NCBI GenBank assembly: GCA_963733035.1
Contig: CAVTBU010000007.1
Coordinates: forward strand, 640,001-704,000
Reading direction: 5' to 3'
DNA: 64,000 bases
From: Pirellulales bacterium
Lineage (GTDB): Bacteria; Planctomycetota; Planctomycetia; Pirellulales; PALSA-1355
Under the pieces are notes generated by a model that saw only the letters and a program-made list of their open reading frames with translations, made no database searches and was not told where the DNA came from. This document shows, in pieces, positions 1 to 11,357 of this stretch; position 1 is the first letter of the stretch; every line of letters begins with the position of its first letter. Position numbers and translations under genes: made by a program.

Positions 1-172
1 GGTTGGCCGTCGGTTCGATTCGGAACGGAATTGTAAAAGCGTTCTGGCGCGTGGCCGTGACGATGGGGACAACTGGTTGAGGGGACCCCGTTGTGGACGG
101 TTGCGCAGCACCGACAGCCGGCCAGGTTGCGGCCAGTAGCAGGAAGGCGGCGGTAATAGGGCGCAGCCACAT
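1..172 (-). CDS. N-terminal part of a putative secreted protein (runs off window start)
   Basis: Manual translation from ATG at 172 gives MWLRPITAAFLLLAATWPAVGAAQP...RQNAFTIPFRIEP, open to position 1, with a signal-peptide-like N-terminus. Not in the ORF track because no stop is inside the window. Confidence 0.55.
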   Translation of the reverse strand, partial: MWLRPITAAFLLLAATWPAVGAAQPSTTGSPQPVVPIVTATRQNAFTIPFRIEPTAN

Positions 173-405
173 GGTGCTCGCTCGTGCACTTCTCCTGTCA
201 CGCGGGCAAAGGTTTCCCGCGCGGGTAACCGTGGGCGGCGCAGACGGACCGGTGGCGCCCCCTGAAGTGCTTATCGCCCCCAGCGATCTTACCGCTTGAG
301 CAAGAGTTGTCGGCACTGTGAGGGTAGCTGGACGAGGCAAGCTCCAACGCCATTGTGGCCGGCGTTGGGTGCGGCCAGTTTGCCGACTTTGTCAAATCGT
401 CAAAC

Positions 406-1053
406 TCAACCGCTACGGGTCTGACGTACGATTTCCACGTACTGGGCAGCCAAAGTTTCGATTCTCTTAAGATCCCCGGAGGCGACTGCCGTCGGCTCGA
501 CGAGCGAACTTCCGATACCCAACGCAAACGCGCCCGCTCGCAAGAAGGTTGCCGCAGTCTGCAGATTTACCCCGCCAGTGGGCATCATGCGGACTTGGGG
601 AAGCGGACCGGCCAGGGCCTTTAGGTACCCCGGTCCCGTCAGGTCCGAAGGGAATATCTTCACGATGTCCGCCCCGGCCTCCCAGGCGGTTAGCACCTCG
701 GTAGGCGTCAACGCGCCGGGCATTACGAGCTTGCCATACCGTCGACAGAGGGCGATTACTTCGACGTTCACAGTCGGTGAAACGATGAATTCGGCACCTG
801 AAAGCAGTGCCATACGTGCCGTTTCCGTATCGAGCACCGTGCCAGCCCCCAACAGCAGGCGATCGCCCAGCCGCTCCGCGACACGTTGTAAAACGTCAGT
901 TGCACGTGGCACGGTGAATGTGACTTCCATCACGTCGATTCCACCGGTCAACAAGGCCTCGGCGACGTCGGCCAATAGCTCGCCATTTGCGGCACGAATG
1001 ACGGCGACGATACCGGTGGAGTGGATCCGAGTTAGGGAATTCTGCTTCTGCAT
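406..1053 (-). CDS. eda: KDPG/KHG aldolase
   Basis: IVAVIR, EVT, GAGTVLD, FIVSP, PGALTPTE, Schiff-base KIFP and PTGGV motifs; 215 aa. Confidence 0.93.
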   Translation of the reverse strand: MQKQNSLTRIHSTGIVAVIRAANGELLADVAEALLTGGIDVMEVTFTVPRATDVLQRVAERLGDRLLLGAGTVLDTETARMALLSGAEFIVSPTVNVEVIALCRRYGKLVMPGALTPTEVLTAWEAGADIVKIFPSDLTGPGYLKALAGPLPQVRMMPTGGVNLQTAATFLRAGAFALGIGSSLVEPTAVASGDLKRIETLAAQYVEIVRQTRSG

Positions 1054-1401
1054 GGGGATGCTTGTCCAAACGATCGGAAACCGGATTTAGAGGCTCTAAG
1101 CTAAGTTTGCCGCATGTCCCGTGTCAACGAGACCTCCGATGACCATTGCGGTGTCCCGGTTCATGAAAATGACACGATTTGCACATCTCGGGGCGTACTT
1201 CGAAGTTTGTCCAGTGATAGCCCACGATTTGGCATGCGACAGAAAAACCACCAATCTCCCGGCCAAATGCGGTGTGGGGATGGGTTGACATCCGGTCGAC
1301 GAATCTGGACTGGACGGGCGCACACGTGCATAATAGTTGGCAGTAAGTGGGCTGCCGGTGGGGGACGTTAGCGACAGACTGCCCAGCTTCGATTGCGTGT
1401 C

Positions 1402-1674
1402 ATGGCCGAGTTTGCCGAATTCCTGTCGAGCCCTGTGGCGTCGATTGTGTTCCTATTGGCTTTGTCGGCCACGTTAGTCGCTGTAGGCGTCTACGTGATC
1501 GGCAAATTCCGCGCAGGAATTCGCGATCGTGAACCGCAATCGAGCGAATGGTTGACGAATTTTCAGGAAATGCATGACCAAGGAGAGCTAAACGAAGAGG
1601 AATTCCGAACTATAAAGGCGATGCTGGCAGCGCGGCTGCAGCAGGAGTTAAACGATACGGACGAAACAAGTTAG
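1402..1674 (+). CDS. Small membrane-anchored protein (one TM helix plus SHOCT-like C-terminus) upstream of clpX
   Basis: Hydrophobic IVFLLALSATLVAVGVYVI followed by LTNFQEMHDQGELNEEEFRTIK. Confidence 0.7.
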   Translation: MAEFAEFLSSPVASIVFLLALSATLVAVGVYVIGKFRAGIRDREPQSSEWLTNFQEMHDQGELNEEEFRTIKAMLAARLQQELNDTDETS

Positions 1675-1947
1675 CCACATGGTTCCGCCGCCGGGTCAAG
1701 CTTCGGCGGGGAGAGAAGCTGTGCCGGCTTGCGTGGTTTTTGCGACGGTGCTAGCCAGGCGCCCCTGCGGCACTTTGGCTGTGACAAGCGGGTTCGACCG
1801 CTCGAAATAACTTCGGTCAGGGAAGCTGGATCGGCCAATGCAATGACGCGCCCGAATGGCCACTTCGAGTGACACCTTGGGATTTCCCCTTGCCGACTGA
1901 ACGTGGCGACGCCGCGGCAGCGTGAGGGACACTAAGAAGGAGTAGAC

Positions 1948-3233
1948 ATGCCCTCAGGTAGGGACATTGGCGCGGGTCGACGAGGCGGTGGTACCACGAA
2001 AAAGAACGCATTCTGTTCTTTCTGTCGCAAAAGCTACCGCGACGTTGGGCCTTTGGTCGAAGGACCCGGCGACGTTTACATTTGCGGCGAGTGCATCGAG
2101 CTCTGCCAGTCGATCCTCGAACAGGAGCGACGGCGCCGCGGCACCAGCAAACAGCTATTTACGAAGATCCCTACGCCGCGAGAAATTGTCGGTCAGCTTG
2201 ACGATTACGTCATCGGCCAGGATCATGCTAAAAAAGTGCTGGCCGTGGCCGTGCACAGCCACTACAAGCGGCTGATGCTGGGTGCCGAGGGGGGAGACGT
2301 CGAGATCGAGAAATCGAATATCTTGCTCATCGGCCCGACCGGTTGCGGCAAGACCCTGCTAGCGCGCACGCTGGCAAAGATTCTCAACGTGCCATTTGCC
2401 ATCGGCGACGCGACCACGCTTACCGAGGCCGGGTACGTCGGCGAAGACGTCGAAAACCTGCTTTTGAAACTTCTGCATGCCGCCGACTTCGACCTGGAAG
2501 CGGCCCAGCGCGGCGTGCTCTATATCGACGAGATCGACAAGATTGGCAAGACGAGCCAGAATGTCTCGATTACCCGCGACGTATCGGGCGAGGGCGTTCA
2601 ACAGGCTCTGCTGAAGATGCTTGAAGGTACGCTGGCCAACGTGCCTCCGCAGGGTGGCCGCAAACATCCCGAGCAGCAATACATCCAGATGGACACGAGC
2701 AATATCCTGTTCATCTGCGGCGGGACGTTCGTGAACATTGACAAGATCATCGGCAAGCGTCTCGGCAAACGGACCATCGGTTTCGGCCAGGAGGCTGGCG
2801 AGCAAGCGAACCAGGACATGCAAAAGCTGCTGCCTCAGGTGACAAGTGACGACGTTTTGGAATTTGGTCTGATTCCAGAACTCGTCGGTCGACTTCCCGT
2901 GATCTCGGCCCTCACGCCGCTCGATAGTGACGCTTTGGTACGCGTTCTAACGGAGCCGAAGAATGCTCTGATCAAACAATATCAGCGGCTATTTTCCATG
3001 GAAAATGCCGATTTGCAGTTCACCGACGAGGCGCTGCAGGCAATTGCCCGTCGGGCGCAGGAAAAAGATACCGGTGCCCGCGGCCTGCGGTCGATTATCG
3101 AAGAGGTAATGCTCGACATTATGTTTGATTTGCCGGAGCGAGGACCAGGCAATCGATACGTGATCAATCAGGACGTGATCGAGGGCGCAAGCCTAAGTTA
3201 TCGATCGTCGAGCCCAAGAACAAAAGCGCGTAA
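1948..3233 (+). CDS. clpX: ATP-dependent Clp protease ATP-binding subunit ClpX (1-nt indel near 3186; likely true C-terminus ...[17 protein letters not shown])
   Basis: C4 zinc finger CSFC...ICGEC, Walker [17 protein letters not shown], Walker B IDEIDK, RKHP, IGF loop, GARGL; AGGAG RBS. Confidence 0.97.
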
Positions 3234-3289
3234 CGTTCAAGCCCGTCCCCTGGAAAGGCCGGCGGGATCTTCGAGTTTCGCGCTCTACT

Positions 3290-3329
3290 AAAAAGTCCGG
3301 GACGCGCACGGCCGCGTCCCGGACTTTTT
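3290..3329 (+). terminator. Rho-independent, potentially bidirectional terminator after clpX
   Basis: AAAAAGTCCGGGACGCG-cacggc-CGCGTCCCGGACTTTTT perfect stem flanked by A and T tracts. Confidence 0.85.
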
Positions 3330-3385
3330 GCATCTAGGTCCTTTTGTCTCTTGCGTACAGGTGCCCGCGGCTAGAATAGCAAACC

Positions 3386-5614
3386 ATGACGTTTACGTGT
3401 CCCATGCATCCTGAAGTGCGCCAGGATCATCCTGGTAGTTGCCCGAAGTGCGGAATGGCTCTCGAAGCGATTGAGCAAGCGGCGTCCCCTGCGGAAGCGA
3501 CGCAGTACACGTGCCCGATGCATCCCCAGATCGTACGCGATGAACCTGGGCAATGTCCGATTTGCGGCATGGACTTGGAGCGCCGCGTCGTCTTAGCAGC
3601 GGCCGAAGATAGCAATCCTGAACTCGAGTCGATGACACGGCGATTCTCGTTGGGAGTCGTGCTGTGCGTTCCGCTCCTTGTCCTGACGATGGGCGAAATG
3701 GTCGTCGGACACCAACTCAGGTTTGTAGGTCCGCGCGCGATGGCCTGCCTGCAGTTCGTGCTGGCAACGCCTGTCGTTGTTTGGGGAGGGTGGCCGTTTT
3801 TTGATCGGGCCTGGCGGTCGGTCGTTTACCGCAGTTTGAATATGTTTACGCTCATTGCATTGGGGACTGGTGCCGCCTACGGCTTCAGCGTGCTGGCCAC
3901 GATCGTGCCCAGCGTCTTTCCAGAATCATTTCGTGGACCGAAAGGTGAGGTCGCGCTTTACTACGAGCCGGCCGCCGTAATTGTCACGCTCGTGCTCTTA
4001 GGCCAAGTGCTGGAGCTGCGAGCCCGCGGCCAGACGAGTTCTGCAATTCGCGGACTCCTGGGCCTGGCTCCAAAAATGGCCAGGCGGATTGCCGATGATG
4101 GCCAGGAACAGGACGTGCCGCTCGACGACGTGCACCCCGGCGATCGACTGAGAGTGCGGCCGGGCGAAAAGGTGCCCGTTGACGGCCAGGTTTTGGAGGG
4201 GACCAGCTTCATTGATGAATCGATGATTTCTGGCGAACCGGTGCCGGTTGAGAAACAGCCCGGCGACAAGGTCACCGGGGCCACGGTCAACGGACAAGGC
4301 TCGCTGGTGATGCGTGCCGAACGTGTTGGTAGTGAGACCTTGCTCGCACAAATTGTCAAAATGGTCAGTGACGCCCAGCGCAGTTGCGCGCCGATCCAGC
4401 GTTTGGCCGATGTCGTGTCGGGCTTCTTCGTTCCGGCGGTCGTACTCACGGCCGTGATTACGTTTGTCGCGTGGGCTGTCTTGGGCCCACCGCCGCGGTT
4501 CGCCCACGCACTGGTCAACGCAGTCGCCGTGCTGATCATCGCCTGTCCGTGCGCTTTGGGGTTGGCGACGCCCATGTCCATCATGGTCGGCACGGGGCGC
4601 GGTGCTCGGGCTGGCGTCCTACTAAAAGACGCAGAAGCCCTGGAGACGCTCGAAAAGGTCGACACGCTGGTGGTCGACAAGACCGGCACGTTAACGGCGG
4701 GTAGGCCGAGACTGCAATCGATCTTCACCAACGGCACGATAAAGGAAATGGAATTCCTGCGATTGGCCGCAAGCCTTGAGCAAGGCAGCGAACATCCGCT
4801 GGGTGCCGCGATCGTCAGCGGTGCCCGCGAGCGCGGAGTGGAAATCTCGAAGTCGAGCGATTTCGAATACATCACCGGAAAGGGTCTTCGCGGCAAGGTC
4901 GGTTCAAGCGGCGTGGCGCTTGGCAACCGTGCTCTGATGGATGCCTTGAACGTCGACGTTCGTCCGCTCGTTGTACAGGCGGAAAAGCTTCGCGGCACGG
5001 GGCAGACGGCGATGTTCGTCGCCATCAACGGTCAGGCCGCTGGATTGTTAGGCGTGGCTGATCCCATTAAGGAATCGACGGTCGAGGCGCTGCAGCTGTT
5101 ACGGGCGGAAGGGATCCAGGTCGTAATGCTCACGGGCGACAGCCACACGACCGCAGAAGCCGTGGCTGCTCAGCTGGAAATCGCCAAGGTCTGGGCCGAA
5201 GTGCTACCCGAGAACAAACAGCAAGTTGTCACCGAACTGCGCGACAAGGGGCACGTTGTGGCCATGGCTGGTGATGGCATTAACGATGCCCCAGCATTGG
5301 CGGCCGCGCACGTGGGTATTGCGATGGGAACCGGAACCGACGTAGCGATGGAAGCGGCCGGCGTAACGCTCGTCCAAGGTGATCTGCGTGGTGTCGCGCG
5401 CGCCGTGCGGTTGAGTCGCGCGACCATGCGCAACATTCGGCAGAACCTGTTTTTTGCATTTGCCTACAACGCCCTAGGCGTGCCCATTGCGGCCGGTGTG
5501 CTTTATCCCTGGACCGGGTGGCTCTTAAGCCCGATGATTGCCAGTGCGGCGATGAGCTTCAGTTCGGTATCGGTTATCGGGAACTCACTTCGGCTGAGAC
5601 GCGTTGCGCTCTAA
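3386..5614 (+). CDS. copA: Cu(I)/Ag(I)-translocating P1B-type ATPase with two N-terminal TCPMHP heavy-metal-binding domains
   Basis: TCPMHP...CPxCGM twice, SGE, CPC, DKTGT, EHP, GDGIND, YN and MxxS transmembrane motifs. Confidence 0.94.
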   Translation: MTFTCPMHPEVRQDHPGSCPKCGMALEAIEQAASPAEATQYTCPMHPQIVRDEPGQCPICGMDLERRVVLAAAEDSNPELESMTRRFSLGVVLCVPLLVLTMGEMVVGHQLRFVGPRAMACLQFVLATPVVVWGGWPFFDRAWRSVVYRSLNMFTLIALGTGAAYGFSVLATIVPSVFPESFRGPKGEVALYYEPAAVIVTLVLLGQVLELRARGQTSSAIRGLLGLAPKMARRIADDGQEQDVPLDDVHPGDRLRVRPGEKVPVDGQVLEGTSFIDESMISGEPVPVEKQPGDKVTGATVNGQGSLVMRAERVGSETLLAQIVKMVSDAQRSCAPIQRLADVVSGFFVPAVVLTAVITFVAWAVLGPPPRFAHALVNAVAVLIIACPCALGLATPMSIMVGTGRGARAGVLLKDAEALETLEKVDTLVVDKTGTLTAGRPRLQSIFTNGTIKEMEFLRLAASLEQGSEHPLGAAIVSGARERGVEISKSSDFEYITGKGLRGKVGSSGVALGNRALMDALNVDVRPLVVQAEKLRGTGQTAMFVAINGQAAGLLGVADPIKESTVEALQLLRAEGIQVVMLTGDSHTTAEAVAAQLEIAKVWAEVLPENKQQVVTELRDKGHVVAMAGDGINDAPALAAAHVGIAMGTGTDVAMEAAGVTLVQGDLRGVARAVRLSRATMRNIRQNLFFAFAYNALGVPIAAGVLYPWTGWLLSPMIASAAMSFSSVSVIGNSLRLRRVAL

Positions 5615-5746
5615 CGGCTTCGGCATGCTAGCAACGGCGCTCTTGATTGGCACCGACAAAGCAGGTACGCTGCCGCCCCTTTCCGTGCGCCGAGCCCGTT
5701 TCTGACGCCACATTCGTCGGCCGATACGAAACTCCGTCGATCTCAA

Positions 5747-6793
5747 ATGAACGCACGAACTCGCCGGATGCGCTGCCATTCGTTAGGTCTACTGTGCGCG
5801 CAGTTGACCCTGGTTTGGAGCTGCGCGGCGGGGCCCTATCATTACGGCAAGAACCGGGACTCGTCCAATGCTGCCGTCAATGGTAGTGCGACAGGCCAGG
5901 TGGCATTCAAGTATGGAAAACCACAAAAGACGCTCGATCGCATGTCCGACATCGTCTCGTGGCCAAGGCGTGTTTTTCGACCGGATACTCCGGACAAACG
6001 GACGATCACATCCGAAACGACGGACAAGCTGCGAGAATACCTATCAAAGAACGACCTCATGGACGTGGAAGTTACCGTTCGAGACTACGACCCCGGCGAG
6101 CAATGGAGCAGGTTACGCGACAATCGCATTGTACCTGGTCTCTCCCGCTACACACTCGGCGTTTTCAGCATGTTGAACTACGCGTTGATTCCGGGACGTG
6201 TGTTTGGTCGAAACGAATACAATCCCTACACAAACACGCTGTACGTCAACTCCGAGGCACCGGCCCTCGTAGTACACGAAGCGGCCTTTGCCAAGAATCT
6301 GCGCGCCAGACCATGGCCGGGTGTCTATGCGGTTGCCAGCAGCCTGCCGTTTCTATCGGCATTGCACGAGATCGACAGCGCACGCGAGGTCGTTGCATAT
6401 GCTCGCGCCGAAGAGGATTGGGCCCTAGAGCAAGAATCCTATCGCGAAATCTATCCACGCGTTGGATCAGAGGCCACCGGTGGCATGGCGGCGCTTGTGC
6501 CTGTCTGGTGGGGAGGTCCGGTGCTCGGTTTGGCCGGGTCGGCAATGGGAAGCGTGGCTGGCCGCACGGTGCTTGCCCGCCGGCAACACGAGCGGGACCA
6601 AGCGTTGGACGCGCGTGTGACAAGAGAGGTTACCGGCGTACAGCAGGCAACGTACGAAGAGCCTGTTGGATCAAAGCCGGAGGCCCGACGCACGGTCGCG
6701 AGTACCACCGCTTCGCGCCAAGCTCGCCGTGAGGTGCGAACCCGCGGAAGTCGGGCAAAAGACGCATCATTTGACCCGCAACGGTCGAACTGA
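5747..6793 (+). CDS. Hypothetical putative lipoprotein with degenerate HExxH-like motif and C-terminal glycine-zipper-like segment
   Basis: 348-aa ORF; LVWSC lipobox-like; YNPYTNTLYVNS...VHEAAFAK; GGPVLGLAGSAMGSVAG. Confidence 0.65.
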   Translation: MNARTRRMRCHSLGLLCAQLTLVWSCAAGPYHYGKNRDSSNAAVNGSATGQVAFKYGKPQKTLDRMSDIVSWPRRVFRPDTPDKRTITSETTDKLREYLSKNDLMDVEVTVRDYDPGEQWSRLRDNRIVPGLSRYTLGVFSMLNYALIPGRVFGRNEYNPYTNTLYVNSEAPALVVHEAAFAKNLRARPWPGVYAVASSLPFLSALHEIDSAREVVAYARAEEDWALEQESYREIYPRVGSEATGGMAALVPVWWGGPVLGLAGSAMGSVAGRTVLARRQHERDQALDARVTREVTGVQQATYEEPVGSKPEARRTVASTTASRQARREVRTRGSRAKDASFDPQRSN

Positions 6794-6870
6794 CGAATCC
6801 CAGAGCCTTTGCCTGGGGCCGTTTACTTCTGGCGGGCCCGAGCAATTTAGCGCTCAAGATGATTTGTCGA

Positions 6871-7558
6871 TTAGAGCCCAAGGGTGAGTTCAAGGTTCAA
6901 GGGCACTCGTACTGTATCGGCATCGGCCCCTAGGCCGCAGACGAGATGCACTTCGCCTTTGAGGGCCAGCCGCACACTCTTTTGGGCGGGCAGGTTGGGA
7001 ACGTGAATCGTGACCAAGCCCCCCTTTCCATCCGACGATGCCTCGAACGAAAACGGTTCGGTTGCGCCGCCTTCAAGCAAGTCCGTGTTCTTGTTGTCCG
7101 TAAATGACGCGATCTTGCTCTTCTCGGCATCGAGGCTGACAATGCTCAATTCTGGATCAGAAAACATCAGTCGTACGTGCGTACCGGGAGAAAACAAGCC
7201 GCCTTCCTCGCTCGACTGTTGGGCGACGGGTTTCACAATTGCCAAGCCGACCACCTCGGGCTTGGGCGCTCCCTTCTTGCCGCTTGGCGAGCTCTTCGCG
7301 GCCATCTTGCCATCAGGATAGGTCTTCTTCAAATAGGCCCGATCTTCCTCGCTTAGCTTTTCGACCGGAATGTTGACGGCCACGCCTTGTTCCAGCGCGA
7401 GCCGCAAAACCTTGCCGTCATAGGATACGACTTCGCCCTTAACCTTGAAGTTACCCGTGAAGTCAGACCATTCGCGCGGTTACAAACGGAGCCCAAGAGA
7501 GCGACAACAGCACAAGGAGAACAAATCGAAAATGGAAGCGACAAGAAATGCGATTCAT
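6871..7558 (-). CDS. Secreted SHD1 (SLA1 homology domain 1)-containing protein, frameshift near 7472
   Basis: Signal peptide MNRISCRFHFRFVLLVLLSLSWAPFVTA joins, after a frame change, EWSDFTGNFKVKGEVVSYDGKVLRL...IPVEKLSEEDRAYL (SHD1 pattern). Confidence 0.72.
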
Positions 7559-7668
7559 CGTTCTCGCTCCTAAACTGGAATCGGACGGCCCAACGACCAA
7601 TCTATCAAGACGATTTATACGGATCAACGTACGGGCCAAAATGCCCCAGGCGATGCGGGCGACTCTGT

Positions 7669-8784
7669 TCAAGGTTTCTCTTGGGCCAGCTTTTTGAGCA
7701 CTTCGAGGCCGCGGCCAATGGTGGCGTCGTCGGCTGCATACGATATGCGGAAATGGGTGTCCTGACTGCTGAAAATGTTGCCCGGAATAATCAGCACCTT
7801 GTTCTCAATTGCCCGATGCACGAATTGCTCGCCGGTGCCCCAGGGGACCTTGGGAAAGACGTAGAATGCGCCTCCGGGCGCGACCACTTCGTAATCTTCC
7901 TTTAGCGCGGCCACAACTCGGTCGCGCTTGCCGCGATAGGCGGCGATCTGATCGCTGGTGTCGACGTCTAACGCAGTCAGGCCTGCCCATTGAGCCGGCT
8001 GCGGTGCACAAACGAACGTGTACTGCTGCAACTTGATCATCTGTTGGATGAGTTCCGCAGGCCCGTGTGCCCATCCCAGTCGCCAACCGGTCATCGCGTG
8101 GCTCTTTGAGAAACCGTCGATGACAAGGGTTTGGGGATTGTACCTAGCCGGCGACAGAAACGGTGCATCATACGAATAGCGGCTGTATATCTCGTCGCTG
8201 ATCAACGCGATATTGCGTTCAGCCGCCAATTGTGCCAGCCCACGAATTTCCGCCTCGCTCGCCGTGACACCGGTCGGGTTGGCCGGGCTGTTAAACAGAA
8301 TTGCCTTGGTTCGCTTCGTGATGGCCGCGGCCACTTTGTCTGAGTCGATTCGAAAGTCGGGATAGGTATCGATGACGACGCTCTTACCGCCCACCAGCCC
8401 GACCAGCGACTTGTACATGACGAAATAGGGGTCAAACACAATCACTTCGTCGCCCGGGTTGACCAGTGCCATCATCGCCAGTACGAGACCGCCGCTGGTG
8501 CCGCTGGTGACGAATACTTGGCGTGTGGAGTGGGTGTACTGAGAGGCAATCCGTTCGGCCAGCTTCTCGCGCAGCGGGGCAATTCCCTGAGTGGGTGAAT
8601 AGCCATTCTTGCCGTCGCGAATCGCTTTGATTGCAGCTTCTTGGACGGGCTCGGGCACGGGGAAATCCGGCTGACCGATCGACAGATTAATCGGGTCGGG
8701 CATGTTAGCCGCCAAGTCAAACACTTTGCGAATGCCCGAACTGTCAAAATACTGCATCCGTTCGGCGATCCACGGGTGATTCAT
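7669..8784 (-). CDS. PLP-dependent class I/II aminotransferase (AspC-like)
   Basis: INLSIGQPDF, NSPANPTG, SDEIY, GFSKSHAMTGWRLG; start taken at MNHPWIAERM. Confidence 0.93.
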   Translation of the reverse strand: MNHPWIAERMQYFDSSGIRKVFDLAANMPDPINLSIGQPDFPVPEPVQEAAIKAIRDGKNGYSPTQGIAPLREKLAERIASQYTHSTRQVFVTSGTSGGLVLAMMALVNPGDEVIVFDPYFVMYKSLVGLVGGKSVVIDTYPDFRIDSDKVAAAITKRTKAILFNSPANPTGVTASEAEIRGLAQLAAERNIALISDEIYSRYSYDAPFLSPARYNPQTLVIDGFSKSHAMTGWRLGWAHGPAELIQQMIKLQQYTFVCAPQPAQWAGLTALDVDTSDQIAAYRGKRDRVVAALKEDYEVVAPGGAFYVFPKVPWGTGEQFVHRAIENKVLIIPGNIFSSQDTHFRISYAADDATIGRGLEVLKKLAQEKP

Positions 8785-8851
8785 CGAATTAATGTTCCGC
8801 AAGTGGCCAGTGGGTGGGACATTGCGAGCGACCGCAGGCAACGATACCTTT

Positions 8852-10168
8852 TTACCCCTCGGCATGCGCCGCGTCGAGAACATCCGAGAGCGGTCGGTCT
8901 GACTCACTGAGTAGCTTGAGGAGCAAGCACAAGGTCGCCAAAGCATCCGGGACACATGCCTGGCCGCCCAGCCAATATCGATCTCCTCCGCTGCCGAAGG
9001 TCGCTTGTTTCCGTGTCATTTGCTCAGCCATTTGCTGACGAGTGACGTGCATGTTCACGCTGGCAGATTCGAGATCGCGAATAAACGTGGCTTGTGGATT
9101 GTGTCTTTTTAGAAAGCTTTCCAACGTTCGGGATGCATTTTCCCCGACGACCAATTCGCCTCGTTCGTCGATCAAGTGACATCGCTCCCCGCAACCGTCG
9201 ATCCACATCCCAAAATGCGAACCCTCGATGATCACTTGGCGAGCAACGGCATCGAGATGCCCTGTATCAGGTGAACCTGAGGAGATGAAGTTCGCTAAGC
9301 CTGCACATTGGACGTGCACAGCTCGGCAGGCCGATGCGGTGCTGAGCCGCTGCCAATACCGCATGAACGTTTCGGACATTGTGGCCACAACAATGTTCAG
9401 CGGTCGCAAGCCATGAAACAGGTTTTCCAAGCTGGCGAGATAGGCGTCTTCGGGTTGGAAGCGTCGCAAGATACCGCCATTCCGCTTGAACCGAACCGGC
9501 CCCGCCTCAAACCTGGCTCGCACGGCATCGAGCATACCGGGCGACGAAGCAGGCAGGCCACCAGCGGTGTACGCTTGAATTGCCAACGAGTGAGGTTCTC
9601 CAATCGCATTGCCGATCCACAACGCAGCGGACGCTTGTTGGTGGGCTGTTGCCATGGCAAGGCACGGAGACGTCACCGCTCCAACCTCGACGGCAATGCA
9701 GCCAGCCAGTTGCAATGCACGACAAATTGCGGGCACCAAGTCGGCGGTTGTCCAGCCGCCATCGCTGCCGACAAATACCGTGGGCTGCGTCGATCGTGAC
9801 CCCCAAATTTCCGCCGCGAATGCCGAGGCGAATCGCATTGGCAAATCACGATTAACACCTCCGCGGGTTGTCCCTTTGAGACCCTCCGAGTCCCACTGCC
9901 AACTGCGAGGGTGAGATCGTTCAACCTCGGCGCGAGCTTCCAATTGCAGTGAAGTTAGGCCCGCGTTTTCATCGCGAGCGGGGCACTTGAGGCAGGCAGG
10001 ATAGAATGACGCCAGTCGCTTAAGATGCGTCGCGCGGTCGATGGGCCGGGTTTCGCCGGGACATTGAAATGCCCTGCAGGGGTCGCCGAGGCGGGTATCG
10101 TTGTCGTCCATGACATGCCTCGCAATGTGCGATTCCTGCACGGGTGGTGACCGGTTGCTCGCCGACAC
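8852..10168 (-). CDS. Phosphohexomutase (PGM/PMM)-fold protein with degenerate active site and Cys/His-rich N-terminus
   Basis: Domain-1 pattern FVGSDG...GAVTSPCL; DGCGERCHLIDERGE at the DxDxDR loop; DALATL; TASHNP absent. Start uncertain (10168 or 10111). Confidence 0.72.
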   Translation of the reverse strand: MSASNRSPPVQESHIARHVMDDNDTRLGDPCRAFQCPGETRPIDRATHLKRLASFYPACLKCPARDENAGLTSLQLEARAEVERSHPRSWQWDSEGLKGTTRGGVNRDLPMRFASAFAAEIWGSRSTQPTVFVGSDGGWTTADLVPAICRALQLAGCIAVEVGAVTSPCLAMATAHQQASAALWIGNAIGEPHSLAIQAYTAGGLPASSPGMLDAVRARFEAGPVRFKRNGGILRRFQPEDAYLASLENLFHGLRPLNIVVATMSETFMRYWQRLSTASACRAVHVQCAGLANFISSGSPDTGHLDAVARQVIIEGSHFGMWIDGCGERCHLIDERGELVVGENASRTLESFLKRHNPQATFIRDLESASVNMHVTRQQMAEQMTRKQATFGSGGDRYWLGGQACVPDALATLCLLLKLLSESDRPLSDVLDAAHAEG

Positions 10169-10187
10169 CGCATTGACCGAGGCTGGT

Positions 10188-10763
10188 CTATGCCTTCTCT
10201 TCGGCGCTCATTCGCATCTTGCGGCGTGCGCGGCTTAACGTTGGGCCGACACTATTCTCGGGCATGCCGACGGCGGAACTGATCTCCTGGTAACTTTTGC
10301 CTTCCAGGTGGTACATCCGCACGATACTGGCTTCGGCCGTGTCGAGTTGGGCCATCATCCGTTCGACCTCTTCCCGGTTGCTTACACGTTGCTCGACTTC
10401 AATGGCGGCCATGGCCATCTCGGCTCGGGCATGGTGCCCGTTTTCCTGCCGTGTACTCACCCGCTGACGGAGCAGTTCGGTAACAACCACCCGACGGGCG
10501 ATAACGGTCAGATACGTGGCGAGACTGCTCTCGCCGCGGAACTGCCGGAGCACCGATAGGTCGTCCTTGATGATCGTCAAGAATACCTGGGCGATCAGAT
10601 CCTCGCGATCCTCGGGGGTCAGCCTGAGGGATCGACACTGGGCCGAATGGTTGACCACATGCACCACTAGCCCCATAAATCGATCGACAAAGTCTTCCCA
10701 GGCCCTCGGTTTGCGGGCCAAGCAGCGTTGCAGCAGACTGCGGTCAATTTCAGACAGTGCCAC
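10188..10763 (-). CDS. ECF-family RNA polymerase sigma factor
   Basis: AWEDFVDRF, EDLIAQVF, FRGESSLATYLTVIARR (region 2); GKSYQEIS...SVGPTLSRARRKM (region 4). Confidence 0.92.
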   Translation of the reverse strand: MALSEIDRSLLQRCLARKPRAWEDFVDRFMGLVVHVVNHSAQCRSLRLTPEDREDLIAQVFLTIIKDDLSVLRQFRGESSLATYLTVIARRVVVTELLRQRVSTRQENGHHARAEMAMAAIEVEQRVSNREEVERMMAQLDTAEASIVRMYHLEGKSYQEISSAVGMPENSVGPTLSRARRKMRMSAEEKA

Positions 10764-11078
10764 ACTCGCGATCCTTATGGATACAGCCGACAGAGGCCGG
10801 TAGCGGGCTCCGCGAGGAACCTGGACGTTCCAGACATGCGTTCCGAAAAGCCTTAACTCCTTTGATTTTAAGTAGAGCTCACGATCCAGGCAAGTCGGAG
10901 TTGGCTCTCAGCCGATGATGGCAATGGAGCGTCGCTTGACAGTGAGAATAGCCAGCACTAGAATTCGCGCGACGGACCCAGGAATGGCCTTCAAGTGCTT
11001 GTGTTTTAAGGGGTTTAAGTCTGTGTTCCGCGGGGATTGGAAGTCCACCGCGGGATGCCAGTATGGAGAGCAGTGTCA

Positions 11079-11357
11079 ATGACTCACGTTGTTGCCGAAC
11101 CGTGCTTCGCCTGCAAATACACCGACTGTGTGGTGGTTTGCCCCGTGGAGTGTTTCTACGAGGGAGAAAAGATGCTTTACATCCATCCGGATGAATGCAT
11201 CGACTGTGAAGCGTGCGTTCCGGAATGTCCGGTCGAAGCGATTTTTCACGAAGACAACCTTCCGGAAGAGTGGAAGGAATTTACGGCTCTGAACGCCGAA
11301 ATGGCACCACAGTGCCCAGTTATCACTGAAAAGAAAGAGCCGCTGGCAGGCAGTTAG
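11079..11357 (+). CDS. fdxA: 7Fe-type ferredoxin ([3Fe-4S]/[4Fe-4S])
   Basis: [26 protein letters not shown]...[23 protein letters not shown]. Confidence 0.95.
   Translation: MTHVVAEPCFACKYTDCVVVCPVECFYEGEKMLYIHPDECIDCEACVPECPVEAIFHEDNLPEEWKEFTALNAEMAPQCPVITEKKEPLAGS

Noticed and set aside
10850..11020. AT-rich IHF- or dif-like motifs between the ECF sigma gene and fdxA
   Set aside because: They match consensus only partially and cannot be told apart from ordinary promoter DNA.
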